Shown in pieces: positions 58,192 to 64,000 of a stretch of 64,000 bases of DNA (its first letter is position 1; every line of letters starts with the position of its first letter). The stretch is taken from IMG/VR virus record IMGVR_UViG_3300035208_004396; one strand, 5' to 3'. The notes below the pieces were generated by a model that worked only from the letters and a program-made list of their open reading frames with translations, was not told the DNA's origin and made no database searches. The position numbers and the translations under genes were made by a program. The stretch comes from a virus. Its lineage: Duplodnaviria > Caudoviricetes.

Positions 58192-59893
58192 TAGAAAATC
58201 CACTATTTTTCTCTATTTTCAAAATGGATTTGAATGTTTCGTTATGCGTGTCTAATCTATGAGAAATCAGATAACAAGATTGATTTTTTATCATAATTAA
58301 AGAGTTTAAAGACTTTAATAATGCATCTATACCTTCATTATCTATACCGCTATCGAATAATTCATCGATGAATAAGATATTGGTATTCCAATTTGCTAAA
58401 TCTCCACTTAAATTCAAGAAAGCTAATAATATACCCATATCGATTCTCGTTCTTTCTCCACCACTGAACTGATTATATTCGATATTTTCACCACGTAACC
58501 CAGTAATAACATAATCCAAATTAGAATCGAATTTAACTTGTACCTTGACTGATAAATTATGTAAATTTTTATTTACAATATTATTGAAAACATTTATTAA
58601 TTTTCCAAACAAGAAATGACGTATTCCATCTTCACTTGTGATACGAAAAACATTATCTATTATTACACATTCTTTATTTTTATCGGTTATTTCTTTTTTG
58701 AAAGAAACTATATCAGTATTTAATTTCGATTTAATAGAATTTTCTTTTTCAAGAAGTTCGGATAGATCTATTTCAGATTTTGTTTTTCTTAGTTTCTCTA
58801 TTTTAGATAAATTATCCGATATTTTAGCTTCACCTATTGTAATAATATTATTACAATCGGAAATTATCTTCTCATTTTTAACATTATTTTCTTCGATTTT
58901 ATTCAAATCACGTAAACTCGACTGATCTTCATTCAATAATTTAAGTAAACTATCTCGTTCTTCTATTTTACTATCTTTATCTTGAATATGTTTATCATCT
59001 GTTAATATATTACCGCATACTGGACAAGAACCTTTATCTAATACAGACAAATAGATATCTATTTTTGAAATAGACACTGTTAAATTATTAATTTCATTTT
59101 GTAACGTATCTTTTTTAGATCTAACATCTATAATGTTAGAAGTTGCAATTTTAGATTTTTCACGAAATTCACTTAATATCTTGGTATTTTTCTCATTTTT
59201 TTCTATTAAATCACCAATTTCTTTATCTCGTAGAGATTCTGCTTTATTTTGATTAGTTAAAATAGTCTGGTTTATATTAGCTATACTAGTATTAGTTAAA
59301 TTTAACTGATTTTCGGCATTTTCCAGATCTTTCATAACAAGTGTAAGATTTTGTTTAGCAATGATGTTTTCTCCCTTTATAGCTTTTTCAATTTTTCTCA
59401 AAATTGCTAAATTGAATAGATTTTCTACTAGTTTATTACGATCGGTATTGGATAAACTTAAAAATGGTTGATTATATGTAGTAGCTACGGCTACAATATT
59501 CTTAAACAAGAAAGAATCTATACCTATTATTTGATCTAGATCGGTTTGAATCAACTTTTTAGTAGATGTCAATGCAACTTCTACACCATTTTTTTTATAA
59601 CTCAATAGATCAGGTTTTTGTCCGCGTATAATTTCATAATGGTCATCACCTTTTTTGAAAAACACTCTACAAACCATATTTTTCTTATTTAATGAATTAA
59701 CTAAACTAGCCAATTTAATATTTCGGTAAGGTTTTCCATATAATGCAAAGAACAAAGCATCTAAAATAGAAGATTTACCCGAACCATTTTTAGCAAAAAT
59801 GATATTTATTCCTGGTTTAAAATCTATTTCAGTTTCATTATTACCATAAGACAATATATTACGAAAGATCAATTTTTCAAATTCAATGTACAT
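58172..59893 (-). CDS. recombination ATPase, Rad50/SbcC-like (T4 gp46)
   Basis: NILSYGN, NGSGKS, CPVC hook, FSGGE, FIDE, ISH motifs. Confidence 0.95.
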   Translation of the reverse strand: MYIEFEKLIFRNILSYGNNETEIDFKPGINIIFAKNGSGKSSILDALFFALYGKPYRNIKLASLVNSLNKKNMVCRVFFKKGDDHYEIIRGQKPDLLSYKKNGVEVALTSTKKLIQTDLDQIIGIDSFLFKNIVAVATTYNQPFLSLSNTDRNKLVENLFNLAILRKIEKAIKGENIIAKQNLTLVMKDLENAENQLNLTNTSIANINQTILTNQNKAESLRDKEIGDLIEKNEKNTKILSEFREKSKIATSNIIDVRSKKDTLQNEINNLTVSISKIDIYLSVLDKGSCPVCGNILTDDKHIQDKDSKIEERDSLLKLLNEDQSSLRDLNKIEENNVKNEKIISDCNNIITIGEAKISDNLSKIEKLRKTKSEIDLSELLEKENSIKSKLNTDIVSFKKEITDKNKECVIIDNVFRITSEDGIRHFLFGKLINVFNNIVNKNLHNLSVKVQVKFDSNLDYVITGLRGENIEYNQFSGGERTRIDMGILLAFLNLSGDLANWNTNILFIDELFDSGIDNEGIDALLKSLNSLIMIKNQSCYLISHRLDTHNETFKSILKIEKNSGFSTISNQN

Positions 59894-60359
59894 AACTATT
59901 ACCTGGTGTTGCTACAATTTCGATAATCAATCTCGTAGTTTCATCCAGATCATATTCCGGCAATTTATTATGCATTAAATACTCGGTTAAAACTACTGTT
60001 TTTTTCAAGAAAACCGCTAAATTTACCTTTTGTGCTTTATTAAGATCTTCGTATAAATCCACTTCATTGCACATATTAGGTATATTCATAATGGGCAATT
60101 TAATTAAAATAGAATCTTTTTTTAACAATTTCCTAGTCTCTTTACTTACACAAGAACGATCTATTTCTGGCATATATCCAGATTGATCTAGAATAAAAAT
60201 AGAAGCTGGAATATCATTAGTAGGATATCCAAAAAAGAGATTATTTTCCAATAATCCCCAATGATAATTTTCGTAATCTTTAACCAAATATTCTATCATA
60301 ACTCTCATACTAATCGAATATGTAATATGTTCATCATTCTCAACATTTTCAGTTTTCAT
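59883..60359 (-). CDS. hypothetical protein
   Basis: 158-aa ORF coupled to gp46. Confidence 0.6.
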   Translation of the reverse strand: MKTENVENDEHITYSISMRVMIEYLVKDYENYHWGLLENNLFFGYPTNDIPASIFILDQSGYMPEIDRSCVSKETRKLLKKDSILIKLPIMNIPNMCNEVDLYEDLNKAQKVNLAVFLKKTVVLTEYLMHNKLPEYDLDETTRLIIEIVATPGNSYVH

Positions 60360-60408
60360 ATAATTAAATATATTAAAATTCGGGGATAATTTTCGTTATA
60401 TATACAAT

Positions 60409-60792
60409 ATGCAATCATTTATAGCGTACTTGAAAGAACAATTGTTAAATGAACAACCTCATGTCGAATTGATACCCAGTGAGGACCAATATTGGGATTT
60501 TTGTGCTGAAGAATCATTTTCGCCAAAAGATATGGCCAATGGAGGATGGCTTAAGCAATTATATAACATTTATCACGATAATGTGGTAATATCTTTAAAT
60601 AAAGACAAAAACAAACCAACTGTGTTGAAATTGGATCCTAATGAAATCGATGAAATAACAGATCAACTAAAAAATGATGTTTTCTTCATAAATAGAGTAA
60701 AAGCAGATTTTGCTAAGACTAATGATAAATTTCGAGAAAAATTGATCGAAGTTCTGCCTTACAAACTCTATATAAAAATAGGTAAAGCATAA
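60409..60792 (+). CDS. hypothetical protein with capsid-targeting-like N-terminus
   Basis: MQSFIAYLKEQLLNE; late motif. Confidence 0.65.
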   Translation: MQSFIAYLKEQLLNEQPHVELIPSEDQYWDFCAEESFSPKDMANGGWLKQLYNIYHDNVVISLNKDKNKPTVLKLDPNEIDEITDQLKNDVFFINRVKADFAKTNDKFREKLIEVLPYKLYIKIGKA

Positions 60793-62918
60793 TGAATAAT
60801 AAGACTATTTTATTGAGAAAAGGACTCGAATCTCTAGTAAAACAGAGTAATGGCATAAAATGGGAAATTGATGGTTATGCTTATTATTGTGGCAATATAC
60901 CAGATATTACAGATGAAAGTGCTTTAGAAACACTTAAAAATTATAAACTTTCTGATTTCGAAGACAACGGCACATTAATTTTATCTGATATTACTTATAC
61001 AAAAGGGGCTAGAAATTCATTACGCTTTGTAAACTCAAAAGATTATAATTCTGCACTTCTAGATATAACAAATCACCTATTCAGGGGTAATTATCTCCCA
61101 GCTTCTAATAATGCTACTTCTGATACTGTAATGGGGACATATTCAGTATCTTTTGATGCTTCAGCATTTACATTAACTAAAATGGCTGGTGCCACTATTT
61201 CTAGTCCGGCATATCTCGATGCTCTTATCATATTTGGCCAATCTTTTTATCAAGTTTATCCCGATGAACGTAAAATTTGGACAAGTGAAGGTTTAGTACC
61301 TCTGGCAATAGTAGTTTTTACTGGAAATGATACTGATACCAAGCCATTTATAATTAATGATCAATCTAAATACTTGAATCTTCAGATTAATGTGCTTTTA
61401 GGTGTAAATGGCATAGATGATACTAGTAATGTATCATGGAATGTTGGAACTGATGACGTTTTAGGCTCTATGCAAGTTGTAAATGATGCTATTGGCACAT
61501 CTGCTAGAGTATTATTAACTAGTGATGATGATATTGCAATAAGTGCTAATAATTATAAACTATATCCAAATTTACTTAAAAATGGAGTAATATCGACAAC
61601 TAAACGTTTGTTCATGAGCTATGATTTCTCGAAAAACTATTCAAATGACTTCGGATCTCCTGCTCGTTTGAACATAATGAAAACTAAATCAGATGGATAT
61701 AGAAGCCCACAGTTAATGTTATCTGAAGCTACAGTAGGTGAAAATTATACTACTTGGGATGGTGCTATGCAACACTATCACACTTTTGCTAGTGGCGGCA
61801 TGTACTGGTTAGATAGTTGTGGTCCTAGTAAAATGGGTACTAGTTTGATGTCCGATCAATCTACGGCATATAATGGTGCAATAGTAATCGGAGGAAATAC
61901 TCAATGGGTTTATGGTAATCGAATTGCTATAGGTGGATCTGATAATCAACTCGGCGTAAATTATTCTGATGAAGCCGGGGTTTTGATCAACACTACTGCT
62001 TGCGAAATTGGTCGTGGTGGGGGCACTATATTTGGATCTTATGAATCTGTAATTCAATGTAATGAAGATCTTGTTACTAGAAGTGGTGGCAATTATCAAG
62101 GTACATCTATCTTACTTGGGGGTGAAAGGAATATTATTAACAGCTATGATAAAGTGGCTAGTGAATTCATAATCGGTGGAGCAGATAATATTCTATATAG
62201 TACAGAAAGTTGTGGTTTATTAGCTTGTAATCAAAATAATAACTCTTATTCATATAATACAATCGGTTTAGGTGCTAAAGAATGTATATCTTGGAATAAT
62301 AGACAAGTTACTTTCGGTGGCTTGCAGAATGAAATATGGAATAGCTACAGAAGCAATATCATAGGTCAATTGAATTACACTATTAAAGGAATAAATTCGG
62401 AATTTTTAGGTTATCATAATTATTCGGAACATGTAGTTGATTCATATATCGGCGGATCATATAATAAATCATTTGACACATTTAACTCGGTTCAAGTAGG
62501 TCATGGTTGTACAATAAAGGGCAGAAATAGTTCTATAAGTATAGGCAATGGAATAGATATACGTGATGGTGATAACCCAGTAGTAATATTCGGACAATAT
62601 CCATCGAGGATAACTGGTGATGATGTATCTTTTGTAATTGGAAAGGGTGAAAGCGATAATAATAGATTAGATTTGTTAAATTTAACTACTAGTGGGCAAT
62701 TAAAAATTCAAAAAGACAATAATTCTTGGTATCAATTAACACCTAATGGTTTATCTTTCACTAATACTCATACTAGTGAAAACCAAATAGTTGTTGATAC
62801 AATGCTTTTATCTACTAATGGTAGTATAATATATACGACATTTAATAAAACAACTTCTGAAATGATACGGAAATATTCTGTCACTATAGATCAAATCCTA
62901 CAAGCTATATCTATCTGA
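60792..62918 (+). CDS. tail fibre / adhesin-like protein
   Basis: GG..N beta-helix repeats, G.Y....FVIG.G.SD.NR.D motif. Confidence 0.65.
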   Translation: MNNKTILLRKGLESLVKQSNGIKWEIDGYAYYCGNIPDITDESALETLKNYKLSDFEDNGTLILSDITYTKGARNSLRFVNSKDYNSALLDITNHLFRGNYLPASNNATSDTVMGTYSVSFDASAFTLTKMAGATISSPAYLDALIIFGQSFYQVYPDERKIWTSEGLVPLAIVVFTGNDTDTKPFIINDQSKYLNLQINVLLGVNGIDDTSNVSWNVGTDDVLGSMQVVNDAIGTSARVLLTSDDDIAISANNYKLYPNLLKNGVISTTKRLFMSYDFSKNYSNDFGSPARLNIMKTKSDGYRSPQLMLSEATVGENYTTWDGAMQHYHTFASGGMYWLDSCGPSKMGTSLMSDQSTAYNGAIVIGGNTQWVYGNRIAIGGSDNQLGVNYSDEAGVLINTTACEIGRGGGTIFGSYESVIQCNEDLVTRSGGNYQGTSILLGGERNIINSYDKVASEFIIGGADNILYSTESCGLLACNQNNNSYSYNTIGLGAKECISWNNRQVTFGGLQNEIWNSYRSNIIGQLNYTIKGINSEFLGYHNYSEHVVDSYIGGSYNKSFDTFNSVQVGHGCTIKGRNSSISIGNGIDIRDGDNPVVIFGQYPSRITGDDVSFVIGKGESDNNRLDLLNLTTSGQLKIQKDNNSWYQLTPNGLSFTNTHTSENQIVVDTMLLSTNGSIIYTTFNKTTSEMIRKYSVTIDQILQAISI

Positions 62919-62967
62919 AAAATTGCTGATATATAATGTATATTTTTAAAAATTTAGGAGTTAAGAT

Positions 62968-63198
62968 ATGATTGATTATAATAGTAATAATACAAGTAGC
63001 ACTGATAGCACTACCTATATTTTTAATGCAGTTCGGGCTTTGAAAAGTGCCATTTATGAACGTATCGAAGAAGTTAAGAAATTCGAACCACCTAAAGATG
63101 GTACAGCTACTAAGAAGGAAGAAGAAGCATATAAAAAGGGCTATCTTGAAGCATTAACTGATATTACAAAGATAATGCACGAACAGAATCTTCTTTAA
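62968..63198 (+). CDS. hypothetical protein
   Basis: SD aggag. Confidence 0.65.
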   Translation: MIDYNSNNTSSTDSTTYIFNAVRALKSAIYERIEEVKKFEPPKDGTATKKEEEAYKKGYLEALTDITKIMHEQNLL

Positions 63199-63203
63199 CA
63201 ATT

Positions 63204-63229
63204 AAATCCCGATTAAATCGGGATTTTTT
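63204..63229 (+). terminator. intrinsic terminator
   Basis: aaatcccga-ttaaa-tcgggattt followed by a T run. Confidence 0.8.
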
Positions 63230-63242
63230 AATAAATATAAAC

Positions 63243-63617
63243 ATGATATTTGGTGATTTAATAAAATTAGCTGAAGCTAAATTAGAAAAAGATAATAATG
63301 TTATTGACTCTAGAGGGGTTGAATTAGTCGATTTTGTAAATAAAACCGAACAAGGAAAATGGTATAAATTCGTAAAGGATGATGTTTATTTAGTTTATAA
63401 CAAACATTATCTCAATATGACTAAGTTACATAACGAAATTATAACAGTTTATAGTCTTAAAGGCTATATAGGTTTAGGTATGTCGAAATTGAGTATAGAA
63501 CAATTATTACGTTATTCTGGAGTGAGATTGCTCATAAAACCATTTTTTCTCGATATAAATCAGAATATAGACCCCAATGTTGTAGCTAATATGTTATTAA
63601 GAAAAGAATATATATGA
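63243..63617 (+). CDS. hypothetical protein
   Basis: Late motif ATAAATA-N5-ATG. Confidence 0.6.
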   Translation: MIFGDLIKLAEAKLEKDNNVIDSRGVELVDFVNKTEQGKWYKFVKDDVYLVYNKHYLNMTKLHNEIITVYSLKGYIGLGMSKLSIEQLLRYSGVRLLIKPFFLDINQNIDPNVVANMLLRKEYI

Positions 63618-63665
63618 AAATTGCCAGTCTAGATTTATCTATTTTAACTAAAATAAGGAAATAAT

Positions 63666-63812
63666 ATGATCAAACGAGAACCGATAGAATATGATGAAAA
63701 TGGAAACATCATTTATCATAAGTGGAAAGACGGATTAGATGAGTGGTATGATTCTACGGGACATCTTATACATTCTAGAAATAAGGATGGCTATGATATA
63801 TGGTATAAGTAG
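63666..63812 (+). CDS. short YD-repeat-like protein (48 aa), probably truncated
   Basis: EYDENGNIIYHK..DG..EWYD..G.LIH....DG..W repeat. Confidence 0.5.
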   Translation: MIKREPIEYDENGNIIYHKWKDGLDEWYDSTGHLIHSRNKDGYDIWYK

Positions 63813-63953
63813 ATGAAAACTAGTCTGATCTTTCCATTAATATTGATAATAATAGACCTATTAGCTGGTATAGTTTATGGTTTAGATGGAAATGTCAGAA
63901 AATGTATCTACTGGATAACCGCTGCTATTCTATCTATAACTGTAACTTTTTAA
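63813..63953 (+). CDS. small two-TM membrane protein (46 aa)
   Basis: MKTSLIFPLILIIIDLLAGIVY...IYWITAAILSITVTF. Confidence 0.6.
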   Translation: MKTSLIFPLILIIIDLLAGIVYGLDGNVRKCIYWITAAILSITVTF

Positions 63954-64000
63954 TAATATTACGAATATGTTATTAAGGAAAGACTATATATGAAAATCGC

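Noticed and set aside
10475-62099. Numerous short ORFs antisense to or nested in long genes (e.g. 10475, 11969, 13270, 29421-30596, 33797-34677, 46375, 58638, 61809)
   Set aside because: Shadow frames of well-supported genes on the opposite strand; no motifs or start signals
1-64000. Genome-wide stop-codon reassignment (prompted by the TCA tRNA and the in-frame TAA)
   Set aside because: Conserved genes are full length in the standard code, and genes terminate at TAA, TAG and TGA

Overview
AT-rich 64-kb segment of a large T4-like myophage (standard genetic code; TAA, TAG and TGA all used as stops). It opens with a ~2.6-kb cluster of tRNA and tRNA-like genes. The rest is a heavily scrambled T4-type core. 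Replication and metabolism genes lie mostly on the minus strand: gp41 helicase, gp47/gp46, topoisomerase II A subunit, N-terminal part of a family-B DNA polymerase, an NAD+ ligase split into two distant genes, Dam-type methylase, dCMP deaminase and radical SAM genes. Virion genes are interleaved among them, mostly on the plus strand: portal gp20, gp13/gp14, gp19, gp25, gp5-like, gp4, tape-measure-like and fibre proteins. Most striking observations: (i) two tRNA-like RNAs (Ile-UAU, Arg-UCU) that share a non-canonical D-armless, expanded-variable-region fold, plus other altered tRNAs; (ii) a ~400-bp non-coding inverted repeat whose copies are 27 kb apart; (iii) split ligase and split polymerase; (iv) an ATA(T/A)ATA motif 4-6 nt before the ATG of many late genes, suggesting leaderless single-gene late transcription; (v) a phage-encoded OFA-type MFS transporter and a dispersed set of glycosyltransferase-like genes. 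All annotations come from motif recognition by eye, without database searches.
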